Positions 1-7,223 of a stretch of DNA of 11,036 bases are shown here, in pieces (positions within the stretch are counted from its first letter, which is position 1; every line of letters begins with the position of its first letter). A model generated the notes under the pieces. The model was not told the DNA's origin and searched no databases. It saw only the letters and a list, made by a program, of their open reading frames with translations. The stretch comes from Oligoflexales bacterium (lineage in GTDB: Bacteria; Bdellovibrionota_B; Oligoflexia; Oligoflexales; CAIYRB01), in contig JBGSUI010000167.1 of the NCBI GenBank assembly GCA_041736175.1, forward strand, positions 1 to 11,036. Reading direction: 5' to 3'. Made by a program: the position numbers and the translations under genes.

Positions 1-68
1 ATCTCCCTGAGGTAATAGTAAGGTCTTCCCTTCTGAATTTTTTTATGCAGATGTGGCATGTCTGTCAT
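1..68 (-). CDS. N-terminus of a probable IS1634-family DDE transposase (partial, runs off left edge; ATG at 68 or 59)
   Basis: Manual translation of the reverse strand gives MTDMPHLHKKIQKGRPYYYLRE. This matches the basic KKxxKGRxYYY.RE N-terminal pattern I recognise from IS1634-family transposases. Not in the ORF track because it is truncated. Confidence 0.7.
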   Translation of the reverse strand, partial: MTDMPHLHKKIQKGRPYYYLRE

Positions 69-71
69 AGT

Positions 72-166
72 AAATTAGGTCTTACAAAAGTCAACCTGAT
101 ATTTGTAATTATCTGTAATTAAAGAGATTTAAGGATTTTTCCCAGCCTTAAAAATTAGGTCTTACA
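72..166. repeat. 15-bp perfect direct repeat AAATTAGGTCTTACA (72-86 and 152-166)
   Basis: Two identical copies 80 bp apart. Each overlaps an inverted repeat: TTACAAA 82-88 / TTTGTAA 102-108, and CTTACAT 161-167 / ATGTAAG 177-183. Confidence 0.85.
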
Positions 167-252
167 TTTTAAAAATATGTAAGTTACTAGAATGTCAGGT
201 ATTTATGACCAGTTGGGGGTCGAGTCTCTTAAACTCCTGTTTAAGTAGGCTC

Positions 253-282
253 TTGCAACGTTAAACTGGAAGGCATTATAAT
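253..282 (+). promoter_or_regulatory. Putative sigma70 promoter for the 335..1024 gene
   Basis: TTGCAA (253-258), 18-nt spacer, TATAAT (277-282). GGAG Shine-Dalgarno just upstream of ATG 335. Confidence 0.55.
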
Positions 283-334
283 TGGATAGAAGTAGGTGTT
301 AAACCGCAAAGATTTTTAGAAAGTTGGAGATCAA

Positions 335-1024
335 ATGTTAATAAAATCATTGTTTTGCTGCATCCCTGTTTTAACTTTTGGAATGGTGATAATCACCACT
401 AGTTGTAAAACTTCTCAAAAATCGTCTACCGTCCAAGAAGCTAATATGGCCCAACCGAATACTCAAGTCACCAATCAAAATAAATTTATTGGTCAATCAT
501 CAGCAAACTACCTATCGTTTTCCGGTGCGCTCGCCGATCTTAATAAAGATGTCAAGCCAGTTCCAGCATGCGGCAAAGCTGGGTCAACAGGATTATTTGA
601 AATGACGTCCCGAAGAGACCCCGGTGGGCAAATTAAAACAACACTCAGATTTGCTTATGAATCTGGTATCGCCTATTGGGATCTAATTGAATTTACTCAA
701 ACTCAGAATCTTATTCAAATAAAATGGCATAAACCGGGAAATAATGATTATATTTTGCAAGCATTTTATAAATTCGGGCCCAGTGGCCTGACGATGGCTT
801 CGCTTGAGGGGGATGTCGTTATCGACGACCAAAATTATGCAACTTCTGGACTTTCGCAGTTAAGGCGGCTTTTGCAAAGATTTAACAATCGAACAGCACA
901 AACTGAGGATTGTACGCGGCAAATGGGAGCCCAATGGCCCAAAATACAAAAAGTGATCATCACACTTAACCAGGCTCTCGGCGGTCACCATTCCTCGGAT
1001 GGCAATCCACACATAGTACAGTGA
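335..1024 (+). CDS. Hypothetical lipoprotein (229 aa)
   Basis: GGAG RBS. Hydrophobic N-terminus ending in a lipobox-like ITTSC, then an S/T/Q-rich linker. No recognisable domain. Confidence 0.7.
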   Translation: MLIKSLFCCIPVLTFGMVIITTSCKTSQKSSTVQEANMAQPNTQVTNQNKFIGQSSANYLSFSGALADLNKDVKPVPACGKAGSTGLFEMTSRRDPGGQIKTTLRFAYESGIAYWDLIEFTQTQNLIQIKWHKPGNNDYILQAFYKFGPSGLTMASLEGDVVIDDQNYATSGLSQLRRLLQRFNNRTAQTEDCTRQMGAQWPKIQKVIITLNQALGGHHSSDGNPHIVQ

Positions 1025-1121
1025 CAGCAAATGGACACTCGCATCATTTGGCTTAAACGTGGAGTGAACAACTGAACCTATGCAGATCCAAAGGCTGCCT
1101 GGGAGGTTGGTGGCCGAGCGA

Positions 1122-1760
1122 TTATTTTAGCTTATTTGGATGGGTGTTCAAGTACAAGAGTACGATCTCAGAAATTTCTTCAACGGCCTTGTTTATATCT
1201 GTGTCGATGGTGCCTTTCCGTAGGACACCCTGGAGCACGCCATCAACAGTGTGGACCAACAAAAAAGCGGTCCTCCCAGGGTCAGCCAACCCCAACTCGT
1301 TTTGGCGTGTCGCCAGAGTTATGGTGACGATGTTGGTGACATAATCTAGCATTTCGTCGGTGCGATTGAGCGGGTTGCTGCGCGGCAGGTGGTCGCGAAT
1401 GGCTCGGAAGACTTCCTGATCGCCATGCTGAAGATGGAGAATGCTTTCGATCACCCCTGTCACCATGACTTCTATGGGGGCATGGGCAAAGTGATTGATG
1501 CTCGAGGTGATCGAAGTCTTGAGGCTTTCAAAGTGATGGGACGTCAGACTTTCTAGAAGCTCGTCTTTATTAGCAAAATATTGGTACAAAGAACCAATAC
1601 TGACGCCAGCAGCGGCTGCGACACTATTGGTGTTAAAGCCATCGAGACCGAGCCTCCCTAACACGCGAGCCGCACCATAGATAATGGCATCATAAGTCGC
1701 TCGCGAACGAGCTTGGTGTGGTTTTCGCCGAAGTTGTGAAGCCGGTCTCAAACCTTTCAT
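1122..1760 (-). CDS. TetR/AcrR family transcriptional regulator (212 aa; start re-assigned to ATG 1760)
   Basis: RRKPHQARSRAT leader and HTH motif NTNSVAAAAGVSIGSLYQYFANKDEL. ATG 1760 overlaps the upstream TGA (ATGA) and has a GAGGT RBS. Confidence 0.93.
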   Translation of the reverse strand: MKGLRPASQLRRKPHQARSRATYDAIIYGAARVLGRLGLDGFNTNSVAAAAGVSIGSLYQYFANKDELLESLTSHHFESLKTSITSSINHFAHAPIEVMVTGVIESILHLQHGDQEVFRAIRDHLPRSNPLNRTDEMLDYVTNIVTITLATRQNELGLADPGRTAFLLVHTVDGVLQGVLRKGTIDTDINKAVEEISEIVLLYLNTHPNKLK

Positions 1761-2431
1761 ATGGCGACCTCGTTGAGCTGATAAGGCGTGATGTTTAGGT
1801 TGCTGCGAATGGTGTGGAGATCCATTTGCCACATGTCTTCCCAGATCACTCCCCACAATTTGTCAGAGCGCTTTCCAAGCTCGTAACCATAAACAATTTG
1901 GTCGAATGAGTCGCGGATGATATCGCGATTTTTAGTGCCGGCTACCCACAATAATCCGCTTACTAAAATGGCAACAGGTACGGGGCTAAACAATTGTCCT
2001 ATATAAAATGCCTGAAGACCCAGCTCTCCAGGGACATCGGTGCCGAATCCAGTGACAACGTGATACAAATCATGGGTTTTACGCATGCGTAAAATAAAGA
2101 AAGACTCAACGTCAAATACTTTATTGTGCTCATAAAATTCGGGATCAAACCCCCCGAGACGCATCATCCGTGCATACTCGGCTCCAAGCGTGCCAGGGCG
2201 GTATCGTTCGCATTCTTGTAAATTGAAAGGAGTTTTCAAATATTGTGAGTTTGCATGAGCATAGAGTTCTTTGGCTTTTTTATCTTCCAAAAAAGCATCC
2301 GCCATGATTTTACGATCTTCTTTCGAAGCCATGGTTACCATTTGATCTGTAAAGCGGAAAACTTCAACTGTGTTGGTCGGGTCTTTCGAAAACTTTAAAA
2401 GATGGAAGATGAATTTTGCTTGGTTTAACAT
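1757..2431 (-). CDS. Coq4-family protein (224 aa)
   Basis: PGTLGAEY segment and the metal-binding HDxxH...E motif in RKTHDLYHVVTGFGTDVPGELGLQAF. GGAG RBS. Confidence 0.88.
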   Translation of the reverse strand: MLNQAKFIFHLLKFSKDPTNTVEVFRFTDQMVTMASKEDRKIMADAFLEDKKAKELYAHANSQYLKTPFNLQECERYRPGTLGAEYARMMRLGGFDPEFYEHNKVFDVESFFILRMRKTHDLYHVVTGFGTDVPGELGLQAFYIGQLFSPVPVAILVSGLLWVAGTKNRDIIRDSFDQIVYGYELGKRSDKLWGVIWEDMWQMDLHTIRSNLNITPYQLNEVAI

Positions 2432-2499
2432 GTTTTCTCCAATTTAGTGTTTAGTGTTATTGCTAGGTTGTTAAATCACTGCTAACAAAGCTCTTATCG

Positions 2500-2605
2500 G
2501 AGTTATTTGTCATTTAAATAACTCATCTTATGAGTGTCTTTATGATATTGAAAATATTAGATAAATTTAGATACCCAGCGGTAGTATATGAGTTTTCGCT
2601 CAGAT
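2500..2605. promoter_or_regulatory. Inverted repeats upstream of the coq4-like/tetR operon, candidate TetR operators
   Basis: GAGTTATTT-N7-AAATAACTC (2500-2524, perfect 9-bp arms), ACTCAT-N3-ATGAGT (2521-2535), and ATaTGAG-N6-CTCAgAT (2586-2605). Confidence 0.4.
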
Positions 2606-2777
2606 TTGGCCAGGGGAGCCAGGGTGTACGTCGAGACACTGTTTGGTGAGAGGATGCGTGCATCAACCTTGGTATAACTTTTGCAGTTCAAATATTGATT
2701 TGATTGCGCCTAGATCTAGGCAGTGGATCTAAAGATCGAATCATAAAAGAATTGTTTTTAATCTTGCTGAGGGATCT

Positions 2778-3221
2778 GTGAAAAAAAACTTATATTTGAA
2801 CGCAATTTTACTCGCGGTACCATTGTTTATTGCGTCTTGTACGACTACTAGTGAACAAGACCAATCTGGTTCAAAAGATGTGGTTTCTTCAGAAAAGAAA
2901 AACCCAAGGGGGGGACTAACCTCAAAAGAGATTGTGACTGTTATTAACAATATCCAGGTTCTTACTACGTTGAGAAAATGTTATGAAGCTGTATTAGAGA
3001 CCTACCCAGAATTTACATCAAATATTACTGTTTCCTTTAAAATAGCTGCCGATGGACGGACCAAAGAGGTCAATATCTCCCGTATAACTCAAAGGCAACC
3101 GTCCCTTGAAACCTGCATTGTCGAGACAATAAAGCCTCTTGTTTTTCCGAAACCGCGAGGTGGCAGTGATGTGACTGTAAATTATCCTTTCGTTTTTGAA
3201 CTTAAATATAGCGGTAGGTAG
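2778..3221 (+). CDS. Lipoprotein with AgmX/PglI-type (TonB C-terminal-like) domain (147 aa)
   Basis: GTG start with GAGGGA RBS and lipobox LFIASC. Motifs LRKCYE, ITVSFKIAADG, CIVETIK, FPKPRGGSDVTVNYPFVF. Confidence 0.85.
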   Translation: MKKNLYLNAILLAVPLFIASCTTTSEQDQSGSKDVVSSEKKNPRGGLTSKEIVTVINNIQVLTTLRKCYEAVLETYPEFTSNITVSFKIAADGRTKEVNISRITQRQPSLETCIVETIKPLVFPKPRGGSDVTVNYPFVFELKYSGR

Positions 3222-3352
3222 ATCAAGACTGGATTCCGCCCAGGTAGTTGATTCCCACCAAAGCCCATTCCTCAACACCCCAGCCATAATCGACAGTAAT
3301 CTCCGTGCCGATCGGTATCCCTCGGAGTGCTTTAAGGGTGATGCTGTCGACG
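3138..3352 (+). repeat. Direct repeat copy A (215 bp)
   Basis: Ungapped alignment to 5958-6172 (offset 2820). 24 mismatches by manual count, ~89% identity. Confidence 0.95.
3223..3352 (-). pseudogene. 3' fragment of the SET-domain gene (no start codon)
   Basis: Translates VDSITLKALRGIPIGTEITVDYGWGVEEWALVGINYLGGIQS*, versus VESITVKALRGIPIGTEITVDYGWGVEEWALVGINYLGGSKS* in the intact gene ending at 6043. Confidence 0.85.
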
Positions 3353-3417
3353 TCGACATTAAAGAGATCTCCGCGTTCGATCTCTCGAAGGTAGCTGATG
3401 ACATGAGCGACAGCGTT

Positions 3418-4014
3418 TTACGGTTTCTCTCGCACTGGAAAATGAGCCGCATAGTGATCGACTTCTACTTGCGAACCACTATCCGTATGAACGTGGTTGG
3501 TAGTTGCAAATCTTGGTTCGAGTGTTGAAGTTTTCCCACCTCTCGTTTTGTGCAGATGTGGAGGCCAATCGGCAAAGAGAGGGTCGCATTTTTTGGTCTG
3601 AAAGTAAAACATGCAAAATCCATTGGGATGTCGAGTCAAATAACCCATCAATTGGTCAAAACCCCTCAGGGCATATTTAGGGCCACTCCAGATTTTTGCC
3701 TCACCCTTATAACAGAACTGATTTTTTTGTAAGCAGTTTGGTGCTGTAATCGTAATGTCAACATGCCCTTTCGAGTTTTGCTCTCGCGTTGCATGGAAGA
3801 AGAAACTTTGATTTAGTGCAACTTCGATAATGGATGAAAGTGTATCTTCATTCATTCGAGAGTAATCTTTGTCGCTTTCTTCCATTGATGCAGTGATTTC
3901 TTTGATTTTCTTTCGAGCGTAATCCACTGCAGATTTCGTGTCACCTCGAAAAGCAGCGAAATCGATACGCATGCCGAACTCCTTTAAGAGAAAATCGGAA
4001 TCAGACAAATCCAT
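3418..4014 (-). CDS. PD-(D/E)xK restriction-endonuclease-fold protein (198 aa), last gene of the three-gene operon
   Basis: Catalytic pattern NED (helix 1) ... GHVD ... GEAK followed by DQLMGY (QxxxY). GGAG RBS. Overlaps the upstream gene by 14 nt. Confidence 0.75.
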   Translation of the reverse strand: MDLSDSDFLLKEFGMRIDFAAFRGDTKSAVDYARKKIKEITASMEESDKDYSRMNEDTLSSIIEVALNQSFFFHATREQNSKGHVDITITAPNCLQKNQFCYKGEAKIWSGPKYALRGFDQLMGYLTRHPNGFCMFYFQTKKCDPLFADWPPHLHKTRGGKTSTLEPRFATTNHVHTDSGSQVEVDHYAAHFPVREKP

Positions 4015-4453
4015 ATTCCGCTCCAGGCAGACCCATCACGAATGCGTGCCGAATCTTTTTATTAGCCTCATGATAAACAATGTCTGGATTTTGAGGATTC
4101 CTTACAATGTTTTCACGCTGAAGCTCTTCAATATCCTCTTCTTGCAAGATATAGAATAAGTTGTCATCAGGCACCTTGAGTATAGCTTTCATAGCCAGGA
4201 TATCTGGATACCTGCTTGACAGAAAAGATAGTGCTTTAAGCGCAGTTTCGGGTCTTATTCCTAGTTCCTGCGAAAACCATTTCAGATCGGGATTGATATA
4301 AAAATAGTATGGTGCTCTTCTGGTAGCGGCTTTGTCGTTAAAGAAAGAGACTATTTTATTTAAGTTCGTTACGTCCAAATCATATTTGCTTCGGGGCAGA
4401 GGAACCTCAGCGGTGAGAACTGGAAGTAACTTCAGCTCACGTCCAGGCTGCAT
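4001..4453 (-). CDS. Hypothetical protein (150 aa), possibly winged-helix; middle gene of the operon
   Basis: GAGGTG RBS. Overlaps both neighbours (17 and 14 nt). LKWFSQELGIRPETALKALSFL resembles a helix-turn-helix, but this is weak. Confidence 0.75.
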   Translation of the reverse strand: MQPGRELKLLPVLTAEVPLPRSKYDLDVTNLNKIVSFFNDKAATRRAPYYFYINPDLKWFSQELGIRPETALKALSFLSSRYPDILAMKAILKVPDDNLFYILQEEDIEELQRENIVRNPQNPDIVYHEANKKIRHAFVMGLPGAEYGFV

Positions 4454-5534
4454 TGCTTAACACCTCGTTCAAAAATTGTTGATTATCAGTTTCGTCAGTG
4501 GAAAATTTCACCAGAATCCAGGGCAAGGATTTCTCTGGTTGTTCCAACATTTCGCTGCTTCCGTGTAACCAGATTTTTGGACATGCAGCAAGTAAAGGCC
4601 ACGCAACGTTAAGCTTAGTGAATTGAACCTTTTTCGACGCGGATTGACCTCCGATCTGGAATGGATCAGCACGCAGATCACAACCAGAGCCACTGGAATC
4701 CGGGAGAAAACGACTTCCGGTATCAGTGTAAAAATAGCCCCCCCATACCTCGCCGATCCTGGGATTGCTATAAATGGCGTCGATTGCCTTGAAGAATGTT
4801 ACGCGCTTCCATTGTCCTGCAGCAGCTGCTCGCCAGTAGCGCGTCGACAGCAAATGAGTGATGGCTGTTGCTTTGTCGGCCGAGGTTTCGTTTTTAACGA
4901 GGGAATTGGCGTCAATCAAAAAGATCCTATTTTTGGATTCTGTGTCGACGATTACTTTGTGCCACACCGGAGCAATCCATCTTTTTTTTAACCGCATTTG
5001 AGACTGAAATTGCTTGCCCGAGTCCGAAAGTAGTTGGGCATTTGGAGTTTCGTATTGAAATAGTTCAATTATTTCCGAGACCAGAAAAATTCGATACTTT
5101 CCAAATTGCTTCGATATCTTCACATGAAGAGGCTTTGTCGAAAGCTCATAGGATGAAATACCTTCGAAATCAGAAATCTCTATCGAGAAATCTGAGTCTT
5201 CAGTATCTTCAAAGACCTCCTCTATTGAATCTATACACTTATCAACCAGCAGATATTTGAAGCCATAGTTCAGAATATGTTCTTGAAAATTTTTTGATAG
5301 CTCTGTTCCGAGATCAGGATTTGAGCCACACGATTCGTACAGAGCGCTTTTCAGATTTAAAGCATTATACTGTGCTTTTAATTTTGATCTGGCAGGCGCG
5401 AGAGCCTTAAATAAGGCGTGCAGATGAGGTAGCATTCCCAATTGGTTTGCTAGCGAATACAGATTTTGAGAATCTGAATCTGTGACTACAGATATTTTCG
5501 CCGCAATGATGGCCTTGGAAACTAGAGAATGCAT
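4437..5534 (-). CDS. Hypothetical protein (~365 aa; ATG 5534 preferred over GTG 5573), first gene of the operon
   Basis: Long ORF. G-rich RBS upstream of ATG 5534. The stop overlaps the next gene. No signal peptide, TM segment or NTPase motif seen. Confidence 0.8.
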   Translation of the reverse strand: MHSLVSKAIIAAKISVVTDSDSQNLYSLANQLGMLPHLHALFKALAPARSKLKAQYNALNLKSALYESCGSNPDLGTELSKNFQEHILNYGFKYLLVDKCIDSIEEVFEDTEDSDFSIEISDFEGISSYELSTKPLHVKISKQFGKYRIFLVSEIIELFQYETPNAQLLSDSGKQFQSQMRLKKRWIAPVWHKVIVDTESKNRIFLIDANSLVKNETSADKATAITHLLSTRYWRAAAAGQWKRVTFFKAIDAIYSNPRIGEVWGGYFYTDTGSRFLPDSSGSGCDLRADPFQIGGQSASKKVQFTKLNVAWPLLAACPKIWLHGSSEMLEQPEKSLPWILVKFSTDETDNQQFLNEVLSNAAWT

Positions 5535-5606
5535 AGGTTGCCCCCAAAATAGTCCTTGGGCTGAAACTACCACGAATAGGTAGCAAAAGGAGAATTTAGA
5601 CGTCGT

Positions 5607-5637
5607 AGCATAGCCAACCCTAGCATTTATATGTCAA
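5607..5637 (-). promoter_or_regulatory. Possible sigma70 promoter for the three-gene operon
   Basis: Reverse strand TTGACA (5637-5632), 19-nt spacer (longer than optimal), TATGCT (5612-5607). Confidence 0.35.
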
Positions 5638-5957
5638 TACCACATTTGCAGCAAGCGGATCGATTCTGTTGCGGCTAGAAGGAAGCTGATTTTTAATTGG
5701 GATTCGATGCCGATTTAAGTGGAATCCTAGCACGTCCGACTTAAGCATCAGAAATATTTAACCTTTAAATGCGGAATTTAGGGGTATCACTTCCTGTGCG
5801 CGAAAAGTACCGGTTTGAAAAACCCTATCAAATTAGTATTCTATAAATTAATTATTCATCAATAATTCTGCAATCTTTTAAGGCAGGCGCCCATGAGCCT
5901 TGGTATATCTTTTGCGTTTTCAATGTTGTATTGGTCGCGTTTAGATCCAGGAAGTGG

Positions 5958-6029
5958 CTTGTTTTTCCGAAACCGCGAGGTGCCGCGGATGTGACTGTAA
6001 GTTACCCTTACGTTTTTAATCCTAAATAA
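5958..6029 (+). pseudogene. 3' fragment of an AgmX/PglI-domain gene
   Basis: Translates LVFPKPRGAADVTVSYPYVFNPK*, versus LVFPKPRGGSDVTVNYPFVFELKYSGR* in 2778..3221. Similarity is lost upstream of 5958. Confidence 0.8.
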
Positions 6030-6172
6030 AGCGACTGGCAGATCAAGACTTGCTTCCGCCCAGGTAGTTGATTCCCACGAGAGCCCATTCCTCAACACCC
6101 CAGCCATAATCGACGGTAATCTCCGTACCGATCGGTATCCCTCGGAGGGCTTTAACGGTGATGCTTTCGACG
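5958..6172 (+). repeat. Direct repeat copy B (215 bp)
   Basis: Ungapped match to 3138-3352. Confidence 0.95.
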
Positions 6173-6450
6173 GTCACAAAAAACTCAGCATTGGGATGGT
6201 CATCGTGATTGATCATGGAAGTGAGCCCGAGTCCAATCACATAGTGTTTATGATTGTCGGTTTGGAACATGTAGTGGCCCAGAAAAGTTTTAGAGAGGGA
6301 CTCGCCCTCAGATTTAGGGACCAGCAGCACGGGCGATATTTCAATGACTTCGCCGCCTCGGATACGGGACGTAGCAAAAACCCCTCGTCCTTTACCTTTG
6401 CTCGGTTTGATGTTGGTTTTATGGCTGGTGCGAAAGGATGTTGGGTTCAC
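6043..6450 (-). CDS. SET-domain protein-lysine methyltransferase-like protein (~135 aa; GTG 6450 preferred, start uncertain)
   Basis: SET motifs KGRGVFAT, SMINHDDHPNA and EITVDY. The longer TTG start at 6546 lacks SET similarity in its extension. Confidence 0.9.
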   Translation of the reverse strand: MNPTSFRTSHKTNIKPSKGKGRGVFATSRIRGGEVIEISPVLLVPKSEGESLSKTFLGHYMFQTDNHKHYVIGLGLTSMINHDDHPNAEFFVTVESITVKALRGIPIGTEITVDYGWGVEEWALVGINYLGGSKS

Positions 6451-6590
6451 GGACTCTGGTCCTACGGTGAGAGTGGATTGGTGTTGACTCTTTGGACAAA
6501 AAAAACGATGTATTCCTTGCCTTGTCCTGGGTGCGTGCCCAGACAAGCCAGTCTTTCTATAGCATGCTCTTCAGAGGTCAGGACACCGGG

Positions 6591-7190
6591 ATGTCAAAAA
6601 GAAAAAACCAGTCCCATCGCTGCCCAAGATGTCTTATGGGCGTCGTGCGGTGTTTTTGCGATCAAATCCCGACGCTCTCCCTGGCCACGAGAGTGATCGT
6701 GGTCGCCTATAAGCGAGAAATCCATGCACCTTCCAACACAGGCCGACTCGCCACCTTGGCTCTTTCAAACAGCGTGTTGCTAGCCCGTGGTGACCAATAC
6801 CAGCCCTATCGCCTTACGGAATACTTGCTTCCTGGGAGTCCGAGCCTGGTGCTCTTTCCTTCGGAGGAGGCCGAACCACTTAGCGAGGCGCGTTTAGACC
6901 AAATGACCAGACCTTTTAACCTGGTGGTTCCCGATGGCAATTGGCGGCAAACCGCCAAAATGATCCGGCGAGATTCTGATATGGCACAGCTTCCGCGGGT
7001 GACCCTCCCCATGGGAAACCCCAGTGCTTACAGGATCCGTACCGAACGTAAGCAGGAAGGTCTGGCGACGATTGAAGCCATTGCAAGGGCTTTAGGAATC
7101 ATCGAGGGGACAGAGGTCCAGGTGGCCCTTGAAAACCTGTTGGCGGTCAAGGTTTCGCGAACCCTGGCCAGTCGAGGAGTCACGCTGTGA
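6591..7190 (+). CDS. DTW-domain protein, tRNA-uridine aminocarboxypropyltransferase (TapT/YfiP family), 199 aa
   Basis: RCPRC...CFC zinc motif, SNTGRL, LFPSEEA, PDGNWRQ (DxTW variant), YRIR and GLATIEA. Start re-assigned to ATG 6591. Confidence 0.92.
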   Translation: MSKRKNQSHRCPRCLMGVVRCFCDQIPTLSLATRVIVVAYKREIHAPSNTGRLATLALSNSVLLARGDQYQPYRLTEYLLPGSPSLVLFPSEEAEPLSEARLDQMTRPFNLVVPDGNWRQTAKMIRRDSDMAQLPRVTLPMGNPSAYRIRTERKQEGLATIEAIARALGIIEGTEVQVALENLLAVKVSRTLASRGVTL

Positions 7191-7191
7191 G

Positions 7192-7220
7192 AAAAAAAAG
7201 GGCTGAGTGCCGACACAGCT
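7192..7220 (-). terminator. Possible intrinsic terminator after the DCC fusion gene
   Basis: Reverse strand GCTGtGTcggcACtCAGC short hairpin followed by CC and T8, between convergent stop codons. Confidence 0.4.
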
Positions 7221-7223
7221 GAT

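Larger units (their letters stand above)
1..243 (-). mobile_element. Upstream end of a probable IS1634-family insertion sequence (outer boundary approximate)
   Basis: Transposase start at 59/68 preceded by an AT-rich leader with a perfect 15-bp direct repeat and inverted repeats. The boundary near 230-243 is a guess because the other end is outside the window. Confidence 0.45.

Noticed and set aside
72..183. CRISPR array or replication iterons
   Set aside because: Only two 15-bp copies, no repeat-spacer periodicity, and no cas or rep gene. Better explained as IS sub-terminal repeats.
1761..1856. N-terminal extension of TetR to 244 aa
   Set aside because: It overlaps the Coq4-like CDS. ATG 1760 has an RBS and an ATGA coupling.
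3018..3528. ORFs 3018..3452 (-) and 3196..3528 (+), and their counterpart 5859..6107 (-), which share peptide similarity
   Set aside because: The similarity is a by-product of the DNA repeat read in shadow frames. The conserved frames are the AgmX (+) and SET (-) ones.
3138..6172. Diversity-generating retroelement (TR/VR pair) as the explanation for the diverged repeat at a gene 3' end
   Set aside because: Mismatches are not adenine-specific in either copy or strand (all four bases occur at variable sites), the repeat spans two convergent genes, and no reverse transcriptase is in the window.
6196..6696. 166-aa + strand ORF and the long TTG-start versions of the SET and DTW genes
   Set aside because: Antisense/shadow to the SET gene. 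The extended starts would make the divergent genes overlap, and family motifs begin only at the shorter starts.
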